From Bacillus subtilis subsp. subtilis str. 168 (lineage in GTDB: Bacteria; Bacillota; Bacilli; Bacillales; Bacillaceae): a stretch of 32,000 nucleotides of DNA. The translations under genes were made by a program, and so were the position numbers. The stretch covers positions 180,001 to 212,000 of the forward strand of contig NC_000964.3 in assembly GCF_000009045.1 (NCBI RefSeq). Reading direction: 5' to 3'. Positions 17,035 through 25,408 of the stretch are shown piece after piece; the first letter of the stretch is position 1, and each line of letters opens with the position of its first letter. Under the pieces are notes generated by a model that had not been told where the DNA came from, did no database searches, and worked only from the letters and a program-made list of their open reading frames with translations.

Positions 17035-18478
17035 ATTCTTAAACAACCGCTGGGCTGTGAAAATTATTGCTCTGCTTTTCGCGCTCTTGCTTTATGTGGC
17101 GGTTAACAGCAACCAAGCACCGACTCCAAAAAAACCGGGTGAATCTTTCTTTCCGACATCAACAACTGATGAAGCAACTCTGACTGATATTCCGGTTAAA
17201 GCGTATTATGATGATGAAAATTACGTCGTGACGGGTGTTCCGCAAACGGTTAATGTCACGATAAAAGGCTCGACAAGCGCCGTGAAAAAGGCTCGGCAGA
17301 CCAAAAACTTTGAAATATATGCCGATATGGAACATTTGAAAACCGGCACACATAAGGTTGAGCTTAAGGCCAAAAACGTGTCGGATGGGCTGACAATCTC
17401 AATTAATCCGTCTGTTACGACAGTGACCATTCAGGAACGGACGACCAAAAGTTTTCCCGTAGAAGTGGAGTACTACAACAAAAGCAAGATGAAAAAAGGC
17501 TATTCTCCGGAGCAGCCGATTGTCAGTCCGAAAAATGTGCAGATTACCGGATCGAAAAATGTGATCGATAATATTTCTCTTGTAAAAGCTTCAGTGAATT
17601 TGGAAAACGCAGATGAAACGATTGAAAAGGAAGCGAAAGTGACTGTCTATGATAAAGACGGAAACGCGCTTCCTGTCGACGTGGAGCCCTCGGTCATCAA
17701 GATTACCGTTCCGGTGACAAGCCCGAGTAAAAAAGTGCCCTTTAAAATTGAACGGACAGGAAGCCTTCCTGACGGTGTCAGCATAGCGAATATTGAATCC
17801 AGCCCCAGTGAGGTAACGGTTTACGGCTCACAGGATGTGTTGGATTCTCTTGAATTTATTGACGGCGTCAGCCTAGATTTAAGTAAAATTAACAAGGATT
17901 CCGATATCGAGGCAGATATTCCGCTTCCTGACGGTGTCAAAAAAATCTCACCGTCAAAGGTGACTTTGCATATAGAAGTCGATAGTGAAGCGGATCAGAA
18001 GTTCGAGAATGTCCCTATCAAGACTGTAGGGCTGAGCAGCTCACAAAACATTGAATTTCTTGATCCTGAATCACAAGCGATAGATGTAACGGCTAAAGGC
18101 TCTCCCACGAATATAAATAAACTGAAAAAATCAGATATTGAATTGTATGTGAATGTTTCAGATTTAGAGGACGGGGAGCATAGCGTGAAGCTTGAAGTGA
18201 ACGGGCCACAGAATGTAACTTGGTCCTTGGGGCGGAAAAACGCCAAAATCAAGCTGACGTCTAAGAAAAGCAATACATCAACGAATGATAACAGCAGCAA
18301 TACATCAGGGAACCAGGACACAGATAAACAAACAAATGATCAAAAGAACAATCAGCAAGAAGATACAAAGAACACTGATAAAAACAACAACGATCAAAAC
18401 CAAGACGGAAATAAAGATCAAAACCAAGATCAGGATGAGGATGAATCCACTGCGAATTCACAATCCTCATCGGAATAA
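17027..18478 (+). CDS. cdaR: CdaA regulator CdaR (YbbR), N-terminal TM anchor + repeated YbbR domains + low-complexity tail
   Basis: I chose the start at the ATG at 17027 (MDKFLNNRWAVKIIALLFALLLYVAV...), which overlaps the cdaA stop by 8 nt, giving 483 aa. A repeated beta-rich ~90-aa unit is visible (…VTGVPQTVNVTIKGS…, …ISPKNVQITGS…, …SPSEVTVYGS…, …QAIDVTAKGS…). Confidence 0.93.
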   Translation: MDKFLNNRWAVKIIALLFALLLYVAVNSNQAPTPKKPGESFFPTSTTDEATLTDIPVKAYYDDENYVVTGVPQTVNVTIKGSTSAVKKARQTKNFEIYADMEHLKTGTHKVELKAKNVSDGLTISINPSVTTVTIQERTTKSFPVEVEYYNKSKMKKGYSPEQPIVSPKNVQITGSKNVIDNISLVKASVNLENADETIEKEAKVTVYDKDGNALPVDVEPSVIKITVPVTSPSKKVPFKIERTGSLPDGVSIANIESSPSEVTVYGSQDVLDSLEFIDGVSLDLSKINKDSDIEADIPLPDGVKKISPSKVTLHIEVDSEADQKFENVPIKTVGLSSSQNIEFLDPESQAIDVTAKGSPTNINKLKKSDIELYVNVSDLEDGEHSVKLEVNGPQNVTWSLGRKNAKIKLTSKKSNTSTNDNSSNTSGNQDTDKQTNDQKNNQQEDTKNTDKNNNDQNQDGNKDQNQDQDEDESTANSQSSSE

Positions 18479-18496
18479 AAAAGGAGCGATTATAAA

Positions 18497-19843
18497 ATGG
18501 GCAAGTATTTTGGAACAGACGGTGTAAGAGGTGTCGCCAATAGTGAGCTTACACCTGAGCTGGCCTTTAAAGTCGGACGTTTCGGCGGTTATGTGCTGAC
18601 AAAAGACAAACAACGTCCAAAAGTGCTGATAGGCCGCGATACACGCATCTCCGGCCATATGCTGGAGGGAGCCCTTGTCGCCGGACTTTTATCCATTGGC
18701 GCAGAAGTCATGCGCCTGGGTGTCATTTCTACACCAGGTGTATCTTATTTGACAAAAGCGATGGATGCAGAGGCGGGCGTCATGATTTCCGCTTCTCATA
18801 ACCCAGTGCAGGATAACGGCATCAAATTCTTTGGGGGAGATGGATTTAAGCTTTCTGATGAACAGGAGGCTGAAATTGAGCGCCTGATGGACGAACCTGA
18901 GGATAAGCTGCCAAGACCTGTCGGAGCAGACCTTGGACTTGTAAACGATTATTTTGAAGGCGGACAAAAATATCTGCAATTCTTAAAACAGACAGCTGAT
19001 GAAGATTTCACAGGCATTCATGTGGCATTGGACTGTGCCAATGGCGCAACGTCATCCTTGGCGACACACCTGTTTGCTGATTTAGATGCAGATGTTTCTA
19101 CAATGGGGACTTCCCCGAACGGATTAAACATTAATGACGGCGTCGGTTCGACTCATCCCGAAGCGCTCAGCGCGTTTGTCAAAGAGAAAAACGCGGATCT
19201 CGGTCTTGCGTTCGACGGTGACGGCGACCGCCTGATTGCTGTCGATGAAAAAGGAAATATTGTAGACGGCGACCAAATCATGTACATATGCTCAAAACAT
19301 CTGAAATCAGAGGGCCGTTTAAAGGATGATACAGTGGTTTCAACCGTGATGAGCAACCTCGGCTTCTATAAGGCGCTCGAAAAAGAAGGCATCAAAAGCG
19401 TGCAGACAGCTGTCGGCGACCGCTACGTAGTAGAAGCAATGAAAAAAGACGGCTACAACGTCGGCGGAGAGCAGTCAGGACATCTTATTTTCCTTGATTA
19501 CAACACGACAGGGGACGGATTATTGTCTGCTATTATGCTGATGAACACTTTAAAAGCAACAGGCAAGCCGCTGTCAGAGCTTGCAGCTGAAATGCAGAAG
19601 TTCCCGCAGCTGTTAGTCAATGTGAGAGTGACTGATAAATATAAAGTTGAAGAAAATGAAAAAGTAAAAGCAGTTATTTCTGAAGTTGAAAAAGAAATGA
19701 ACGGCGACGGCCGGATTTTGGTGCGCCCTTCAGGAACTGAACCGCTCGTCCGTGTCATGGCTGAAGCGAAGACGAAAGAGCTGTGCGATGAGTATGTCAA
19801 TCGCATTGTTGAAGTCGTCCGGTCAGAAATGGGATTAGAGTAA
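18497..19843 (+). CDS. glmM: Phosphoglucosamine mutase GlmM (YbbT)
   Basis: 448-aa ORF with an AAAGGAG SD, the active-site phosphoserine loop ISASHNP, the Mg-binding loop FDGDGDR and the sugar-binding GEQSGH. Confidence 0.97.
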   Translation: MGKYFGTDGVRGVANSELTPELAFKVGRFGGYVLTKDKQRPKVLIGRDTRISGHMLEGALVAGLLSIGAEVMRLGVISTPGVSYLTKAMDAEAGVMISASHNPVQDNGIKFFGGDGFKLSDEQEAEIERLMDEPEDKLPRPVGADLGLVNDYFEGGQKYLQFLKQTADEDFTGIHVALDCANGATSSLATHLFADLDADVSTMGTSPNGLNINDGVGSTHPEALSAFVKEKNADLGLAFDGDGDRLIAVDEKGNIVDGDQIMYICSKHLKSEGRLKDDTVVSTVMSNLGFYKALEKEGIKSVQTAVGDRYVVEAMKKDGYNVGGEQSGHLIFLDYNTTGDGLLSAIMLMNTLKATGKPLSELAAEMQKFPQLLVNVRVTDKYKVEENEKVKAVISEVEKEMNGDGRILVRPSGTEPLVRVMAEAKTKELCDEYVNRIVEVVRSEMGLE

Positions 19844-19864
19844 CGAAGTCTATTATCAGAGAGT

Positions 19865-19975
19865 GAACAAGACAAGCGAGGTTTACATAAGATAATTGTG
19901 AGACATACGGCAAAGTTGCTTAAAAAACAATTGACCGTTTATGCCACATGTTGTAAAATCAAGCTTGTCTTGTTC
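19865..19975. repeat. Perfect 13-bp inverted repeat GAACAAGACAAGC (19865-19877) / GCTTGTCTTGTTC (19963-19975) bracketing the glmS promoter
   Basis: I checked the exact reverse complement base by base. The spacer is 85 nt. An inner TTTACA (19882-19887) / TGTAAA (19953-19958) pairing extends it. The 3' arm is followed by TTATTTTCT. Confidence 0.9.
19931..19959 (+). promoter_or_regulatory. SigA-type glmS promoter (TTGACC-17 nt-TAAAAT)
   Basis: TTGACC is at 19931-19936 and TAAAAT at 19954-19959. It lies about 70 nt upstream of the ribozyme cleavage site. Confidence 0.75.
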
Positions 19976-20028
19976 TTATTTTCTCAATAGGAAAAGAAGA
20001 CGGGATTATTGCTTTACCTATAATTATA

Positions 20029-20200
20029 GCGCCCGAACTAAGCGCCCGGAAAAAGGCTTAGTTGACGAGGATGGAGGTTATCGAATTTTCGGCGGATGCC
20101 TCCCGGCTGAGTGTGCAGATCACAGCCGTAAGGATTTCTTCAAACCAAGGGGGTGACTCCTTGAACAAAGAGAAATCACATGATCTTCCAAAAAACATGT
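20029..20200 (+). ncRNA. glmS ribozyme: glmS ribozyme (GlcN6P-dependent self-cleaving riboswitch) in the glmS 5' UTR
   Basis: I recognise the sequence as the B. subtilis glmS ribozyme: A|GCGCCCGAACTAAGCGCCCGGAAAAAGGCTTAGTTGACGAGGATGGAGGTTATCGAATTTTCGGCGGATGCCTCCCGGCTGAGTGTGCAGATCACAGCCGTAAGGATTTCTTCAAACCAAGGGGGTGACTCCTTGAACAAAG... The expected cleavage site is between A20028 and G20029. The 3' boundary is approximate. Confidence 0.93.
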
Positions 20201-20276
20201 AGGAGGGGACGATTGAAAGTCCCCTTGAAATTTGACTTTCTTCGTCTCCTTTTACAATCTTAGGAGGAAGAAAAAT

Positions 20277-22079
20277 ATGTGTGGAATCGTAGGTTATATC
20301 GGTCAGCTTGATGCGAAGGAAATTTTATTAAAAGGGTTAGAGAAGCTTGAGTATCGCGGTTATGACTCTGCTGGTATTGCTGTTGCCAACGAACAGGGAA
20401 TCCATGTGTTCAAAGAAAAAGGACGCATTGCAGATCTTCGTGAAGTTGTGGATGCCAATGTAGAAGCGAAAGCCGGAATTGGGCATACTCGCTGGGCGAC
20501 ACACGGCGAACCAAGCTATCTGAACGCTCACCCGCATCAAAGCGCACTGGGCCGCTTTACACTTGTTCACAACGGCGTGATCGAGAACTATGTTCAGCTG
20601 AAGCAAGAGTATTTGCAAGATGTAGAGCTCAAAAGTGACACCGATACAGAAGTAGTCGTTCAAGTAATCGAGCAATTCGTCAATGGAGGACTTGAGACAG
20701 AAGAAGCGTTCCGCAAAACACTTACACTGTTAAAAGGCTCTTATGCAATTGCTTTATTCGATAACGACAACAGAGAAACGATTTTTGTAGCGAAAAACAA
20801 AAGCCCTCTATTAGTAGGTCTTGGAGATACATTCAACGTCGTAGCATCTGATGCGATGGCGATGCTTCAAGTAACCAACGAATACGTAGAGCTGATGGAT
20901 AAAGAAATGGTTATCGTCACTGATGACCAAGTTGTCATCAAAAACCTTGATGGTGACGTGATTACACGTGCGTCTTATATTGCTGAGCTTGATGCCAGTG
21001 ATATCGAAAAAGGCACGTACCCTCACTACATGTTGAAAGAAACGGATGAGCAGCCTGTTGTTATGCGCAAAATCATCCAAACGTATCAAGATGAAAACGG
21101 CAAGCTGTCTGTGCCTGGCGATATCGCTGCCGCTGTAGCGGAAGCGGACCGCATCTATATCATTGGCTGCGGAACAAGCTACCATGCAGGACTTGTCGGT
21201 AAACAATATATTGAAATGTGGGCAAACGTGCCGGTTGAAGTGCATGTAGCGAGTGAATTCTCCTACAACATGCCGCTTCTGTCTAAGAAACCGCTCTTCA
21301 TTTTCCTTTCTCAAAGCGGAGAAACAGCAGACAGCCGCGCGGTACTCGTTCAAGTCAAAGCGCTCGGACACAAAGCCCTGACAATCACAAACGTACCTGG
21401 ATCAACGCTTTCTCGTGAAGCTGACTATACATTGCTGCTTCATGCAGGCCCTGAGATCGCTGTTGCGTCAACGAAAGCATACACTGCACAAATCGCAGTT
21501 CTGGCGGTTCTTGCTTCTGTGGCTGCTGACAAAAATGGCATCAATATCGGATTTGACCTCGTCAAAGAACTCGGTATCGCTGCAAACGCAATGGAAGCTC
21601 TATGCGACCAGAAAGACGAAATGGAAATGATCGCTCGTGAATACCTGACTGTATCCAGAAATGCTTTCTTCATCGGACGCGGCCTTGACTACTTCGTATG
21701 TGTCGAAGGCGCACTGAAGCTGAAAGAGATTTCTTACATCCAGGCAGAAGGTTTTGCCGGCGGTGAGCTAAAGCACGGAACGATTGCCTTGATCGAACAA
21801 GGAACACCAGTATTCGCACTGGCAACTCAAGAGCATGTAAACCTAAGCATCCGCGGAAACGTCAAAGAAGTTGCTGCTCGCGGAGCAAACACATGCATCA
21901 TCTCACTGAAAGGCCTAGACGATGCGGATGACAGATTCGTATTGCCGGAAGTAAACCCAGCGCTTGCTCCGTTGGTATCTGTTGTTCCATTGCAGCTGAT
22001 CGCTTACTATGCTGCACTGCATCGCGGCTGTGATGTGGATAAACCTCGTAACCTTGCGAAGAGTGTTACTGTGGAGTAA
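20277..22079 (+). CDS. glmS: Glutamine-fructose-6-phosphate aminotransferase GlmS
   Basis: I chose the start at the ATG at 20277, giving MCGIVGY (catalytic Cys after Met removal) with an AGGAGGAAG SD. The protein is 600 aa with two SIS domains and the C-terminus KSVTVE. Confidence 0.98.
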   Translation: MCGIVGYIGQLDAKEILLKGLEKLEYRGYDSAGIAVANEQGIHVFKEKGRIADLREVVDANVEAKAGIGHTRWATHGEPSYLNAHPHQSALGRFTLVHNGVIENYVQLKQEYLQDVELKSDTDTEVVVQVIEQFVNGGLETEEAFRKTLTLLKGSYAIALFDNDNRETIFVAKNKSPLLVGLGDTFNVVASDAMAMLQVTNEYVELMDKEMVIVTDDQVVIKNLDGDVITRASYIAELDASDIEKGTYPHYMLKETDEQPVVMRKIIQTYQDENGKLSVPGDIAAAVAEADRIYIIGCGTSYHAGLVGKQYIEMWANVPVEVHVASEFSYNMPLLSKKPLFIFLSQSGETADSRAVLVQVKALGHKALTITNVPGSTLSREADYTLLLHAGPEIAVASTKAYTAQIAVLAVLASVAADKNGINIGFDLVKELGIAANAMEALCDQKDEMEMIAREYLTVSRNAFFIGRGLDYFVCVEGALKLKEISYIQAEGFAGGELKHGTIALIEQGTPVFALATQEHVNLSIRGNVKEVAARGANTCIISLKGLDDADDRFVLPEVNPALAPLVSVVPLQLIAYYAALHRGCDVDKPRNLAKSVTVE

Positions 22080-22089
22080 TAAATGTTTA

Positions 22090-22125
22090 ACCCCTTTGGA
22101 TAAGATTATCTAAAGGGGTGTTTTT
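22090..22125 (+). terminator. Rho-independent terminator of glmS
   Basis: CCCCTTTGGA (loop 8 nt) TCTAAAGGGG forms a 10-bp stem with one G-U pair, followed by TGTTTTT. Confidence 0.88.
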
Positions 22126-22266
22126 ATGTCCAAAAGCGAAAGAACGTCTACAGTGGAAAAATGGATTAAAGAAGTTGATGGTACAGGACCCGACTATCGA
22201 TCGACCATGGCTATAGATTTAAGATGTTTCCTCATTAGATCGGTCAATCAGGTTAAAAGGCATTAA
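22126..22266 (+). CDS. Hypothetical 46-aa ORF (MSKSERTSTVEKWIKEVDGTGPDYRSTMAIDLRCFLIRSVNQVKRH); possibly a gene remnant
   Basis: It is below the ORF-track cutoff. The ATG abuts the glmS terminator U-run, and the only SD-like sequence (AGGGG) is the terminator stem itself. It may correspond to the small ybbU ORF of older B. subtilis annotations, but I am unsure of that from memory. Confidence 0.25.
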   Translation: MSKSERTSTVEKWIKEVDGTGPDYRSTMAIDLRCFLIRSVNQVKRH

Positions 22267-22546
22267 AACTTGGAGAGAAACTGCTTTTGCCTAACTGAGT
22301 TTTCTAATGTTAATACAGATATAAGAGAGCAGTTCCTCATTAAGATACGCTTTTGATAGCAGTTGGAATTTAGCATGCTAGAAATCCGAAAACCGGAGAG
22401 CCTATTGGAATGATAACGTGTTTTTTTATTGACAATTAATAAAGGGCAAAGAATTCTAGAAGTCGCACTTACAATGTACTTGTGGGATTAGGTTTTAAAG
22501 TTCATTCTTTTTTTATTGAGTACATTCCGGTTAAAGTTGAAATGAT

Positions 22547-23458
22547 TCAGTAAAGGACACGCCATAAATAAAAGGTAGCGTATGATTGCCATTCTTTCCA
22601 TGGAACCGATATTTCTAAGATTTCATCTTTCGTAGGCTTTCGGTTCATATTACGTAATATTTTTATCGAATGAATAAGACCCACATCATCGATTGGAAAA
22701 GCTGTCGGGAACCTAAGGCAGCGCATTAGAACATAATTGGCTGTCCAAGGACCGATTCCTCGTATTTTAATTAAGTTTTTTTCAGCATCTTTAAAGTTCA
22801 TTTTCATTAATTTTTCCCTCGATAATTCTCCACTTGCCATTAATCTGGCTATTCCAATGATATATTCACTTTTTTTCACCGTCATTTTAATATCTGCCAG
22901 GTCGGTAGGGGTTAACCGTGCAATTCGCTCGTACGGTGGGAACACCCAATACTTTTTACCATTCCATTCAATAGAATCGCCAAATGCTTCTACAAATTGC
23001 TTCTTTAAGGAGTACGCGAAGGCTAAGTTAATTTGTTGCCCTAAAACTCCCCAACATAAAGCTTCAAATAAATCGGGAATGCCGATCACTCGCAACCCAT
23101 AAAATTTTCGGGCAGGCATTTTAAGTAATGGATCTGCTTTTGCCATTTCATAAAATGGAGTTAAATCGTTATCAAGATCAAACCATTCATGAATATATTT
23201 TACAATCTCTTCCCGTTTCCACTGCTCAACAGGTCTAGAATCGTTTAGGAATTGAACAATCATTTGTTTATTATTGATTACGCTTACCTGCACTAAGGAC
23301 CGAATTTCCCCAATGGCTATAACTTTTGTAATGATATTGTTCTCTATTTCATACATGCATTCATTTTTTTCCCTGGTTAGGTAGCCAAGGTTCGCATTCA
23401 TGTCGAAAATTTCAGGTAATGTAATGACAATAACATCATTGACTTCATGCCATGTCAC
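22547..23458 (-). CDS. alkA: DNA-3-methyladenine glycosylase II AlkA (HhH-GPD family)
   Basis: 303-aa ORF with an AAGGAGAATGAAAAAG SD region. The helix-hairpin-helix reads IRGIGPWTANYVLMRCL and is followed by the catalytic Asp region FPIDDVG. Confidence 0.93.
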   Translation of the reverse strand: MTWHEVNDVIVITLPEIFDMNANLGYLTREKNECMYEIENNIITKVIAIGEIRSLVQVSVINNKQMIVQFLNDSRPVEQWKREEIVKYIHEWFDLDNDLTPFYEMAKADPLLKMPARKFYGLRVIGIPDLFEALCWGVLGQQINLAFAYSLKKQFVEAFGDSIEWNGKKYWVFPPYERIARLTPTDLADIKMTVKKSEYIIGIARLMASGELSREKLMKMNFKDAEKNLIKIRGIGPWTANYVLMRCLRFPTAFPIDDVGLIHSIKILRNMNRKPTKDEILEISVPWKEWQSYATFYLWRVLY

Positions 23459-23728
23459 TTTTTCATTCTCCTTATCTTAAATAATTATAAGAAAACTCAC
23501 GCTGGTTGAAATTAGTTTATCACATAATCATCTTTACTCATTTTGTTATCTTGCTATTACATTCTAACCACCTTATTTTTTTCTATTTATGAGGTTATAG
23601 TGTAGTTATCAAGAATGCTAAACGGGAGTAGATAAAAATGGCCCAAGATATAAAAAACGCGTGTCGAAAATTTAAATTGGGATTCAATTCAAAGAATTAG
23701 ATGAGCATTGTAAGGAGAGGTGAGATAA

Positions 23729-24364
23729 ATGCCGGATAGTATCAATAACGGACATAAAGAGAGCCATGATCATAGAATTTCGAATGATGCAGAAATGATA
23801 ACAGATGAAAAGTGGCAAGCAATTATAAATAATGATGCAGCGTACAATAATCAATTTTTCTACGCTGTTAAATCGACAGGGATATTCTGTAAACCATCCT
23901 GTAAATCTCGCGTTCCGAAAAAAGAAAATGTATGTATCTTTCCAAACACAGAACAAGCTCTCCGCGCAAATTTTCGCCCTTGTAAACGTTGCAAGCCCAC
24001 TAATGAAAAAATGCCTGATAGCGAGTGGGTTGATTTAATTACTGAATACATTGATAAAAATTTCACAGAAAAATTAACGCTAGAATCGTTAGCAGATATT
24101 TGTCATGGGAGTCCGTATCATATGCATCGAACATTTAAAAAAATTAAAGGCATTACGCTGGTTGAGTATATACAACAAGTTAGAGTACACGCGGCTAAAA
24201 AGTATTTGATTCAGACAAATAAAGCGATTGGAGATATCGCTATATGTGTGGGTATAGCTAACGCGCCTTATTTTATTACTTTATTTAAAAAGAAAACTGG
24301 ACAGACACCAGCACGATTTCGTCAAATGAGTAAAATGGAGGAAACGTACAATGGAAACAAATAA
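23729..24364 (+). CDS. adaA: Methylphosphotriester-DNA alkyltransferase / AraC-type transcriptional activator AdaA
   Basis: 211-aa ORF with an AAGGAGAGGTG SD. It has an Ada Zn-binding Cys4 region (FCKPSCKS...PCKRCKP) and a C-terminal AraC HTH (LADICHGSPYHMHRTFKKIKG...IAICVGIANAPYFITLFKKKTG). Confidence 0.93.
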   Translation: MPDSINNGHKESHDHRISNDAEMITDEKWQAIINNDAAYNNQFFYAVKSTGIFCKPSCKSRVPKKENVCIFPNTEQALRANFRPCKRCKPTNEKMPDSEWVDLITEYIDKNFTEKLTLESLADICHGSPYHMHRTFKKIKGITLVEYIQQVRVHAAKKYLIQTNKAIGDIAICVGIANAPYFITLFKKKTGQTPARFRQMSKMEETYNGNK

Positions 24365-24890
24365 ACCAACCCTTTATTGGTCTTTACTAATGTTCAAGGA
24401 TTGGAATTTTTATATTGCTTCAACTTTAAAGGGGCTTGTGTTTGTAGGTTCACAGAACAAACCAATCGAGGAATTGTTCGAATGGGCTAGGAAACGCTTT
24501 CCGGGAAGTCTTCTTGTTGAAGATGATGATAAGCTTGAACCCTATGCCGTTGAAATCACTCAATATCTAGAAGGAAAGCGGAAAAACTTTACTGTTCCAG
24601 TTGAGTACGCCGGTACGCAATTTCAGCTAGCCGTCTGGAATGCACTTTGTGAAATTCCTTATGGACAGACGAAATCCTATTCCGACATTGCAAATGATAT
24701 AAATAAACCAGCAGCTGTTCGTGCTGTAGGTGCGGCTATTGGGGCTAATCCGGTATTAATTACTGTACCGTGCCATCGTGTAATAGGAAAGAATGGCTCA
24801 TTAACTGGCTATCGGGGCGGATTTGAAATGAAGACACTGCTCCTCGATCTGGAAAAGCGAGCTTCATCTGAAATGGATGTTCCTCATTGA
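24351..24890 (+). CDS. adaB: O6-methylguanine-DNA methyltransferase AdaB
   Basis: 179-aa ORF with the active-site motif VPCHRVIG. Its start overlaps the 3' end of adaA by 14 nt, suggesting translational coupling. Confidence 0.93.
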   Translation: METNKPTLYWSLLMFKDWNFYIASTLKGLVFVGSQNKPIEELFEWARKRFPGSLLVEDDDKLEPYAVEITQYLEGKRKNFTVPVEYAGTQFQLAVWNALCEIPYGQTKSYSDIANDINKPAAVRAVGAAIGANPVLITVPCHRVIGKNGSLTGYRGGFEMKTLLLDLEKRASSEMDVPH

Positions 24891-25231
24891 AAGTGAATCA
24901 TCTATAATGGGTTGGATTCTTTTAGAGGAAAGTAAAGACCAGTTTACTGATAAACTTGACAACTTTTAAAATTTAGCATATCTTATACGTAACTTAATAA
25001 TCGATGCAGATGTTTATTTTTCCTTTTAAAATATGTAGGCCTTTAGCATTCTTTTCATATTTCATTTTAAATATTGATAGGATGAAAAAGTATCCTAATA
25101 AAAAAGGAAGAGAACATGAGTCGATTTATTTGATAATCAGGACTATATTAAAGGAAATGAAAACATAGCATAAAGTAAAGACCAATAATAAGGTAGCTCT
25201 TCAAAAAACTTCGCTGAAGTTAGTTGAAGTG

Positions 25232-25299
25232 AAGCCGACAATTTTCAGGATTCAATGATCTAACATAATCATTGAAATTTTGAAGTTGTCGGCTTTTTT
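25232..25299 (+). terminator. Long interrupted hairpin followed by a T-run in the adaB-ndhF spacer; either a terminator or an attenuator
   Basis: The outer stem AAGCCGACAA / TTGTCGGCTT is a perfect 10 bp. The inner stem TTCAATGAT / ATCATTGAA is a perfect 9 bp with the 8-nt loop CTAACATA. The middle segment pairs only partly. It is followed by TTTTTT. The reverse strand has no U-run, so it acts on the + strand only. Confidence 0.65.
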
Positions 25300-25408
25300 G
25301 TTGGAAAAAAATAGAGATAAATAAAAATTGAAATAAATAATAGACAAATATGATCTGATTGAAAGGTCTTTTGACCAATAATGAGTTTTAAAAAAGGGAG
25401 AATTTAGA

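Noticed and set aside
19498-19875. 125-aa ORF antisense to the glmM 3' end
   Set aside because: It is a Ser/Thr-rich shadow frame of glmM, with no SD or promoter.
20204-20229. Small hairpin GGGGAC-N8-GTCCCC between the glmS ribozyme and the glmS SD, considered as a terminator
   Set aside because: It is followed by TTGAAATTTG rather than a U-run. It is more likely part of the 5' UTR structure than an intrinsic terminator.
20811-21371. 186-aa antisense ORF inside glmS (also 20337-20675 and 21440-21673)
   Set aside because: It is fully embedded antisense in a highly conserved CDS. It has no SD, and its Arg/Phe/His-rich composition is typical of a shadow frame.
22080-22546. An intact Tn7-like or other mobile element inserted at the glmS 3' end
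   Set aside because: No transposase, integrase or tns ORFs, terminal inverted repeats or target-site duplications could be seen by eye. Only the compositional shift supports foreign origin, so it is reported as a hypothesis rather than as a mobile-element feature.
22737-23102. 121-aa ORF antisense to alkA
   Set aside because: It is embedded in alkA on the opposite strand, has no SD and has low-complexity, shadow-frame composition.
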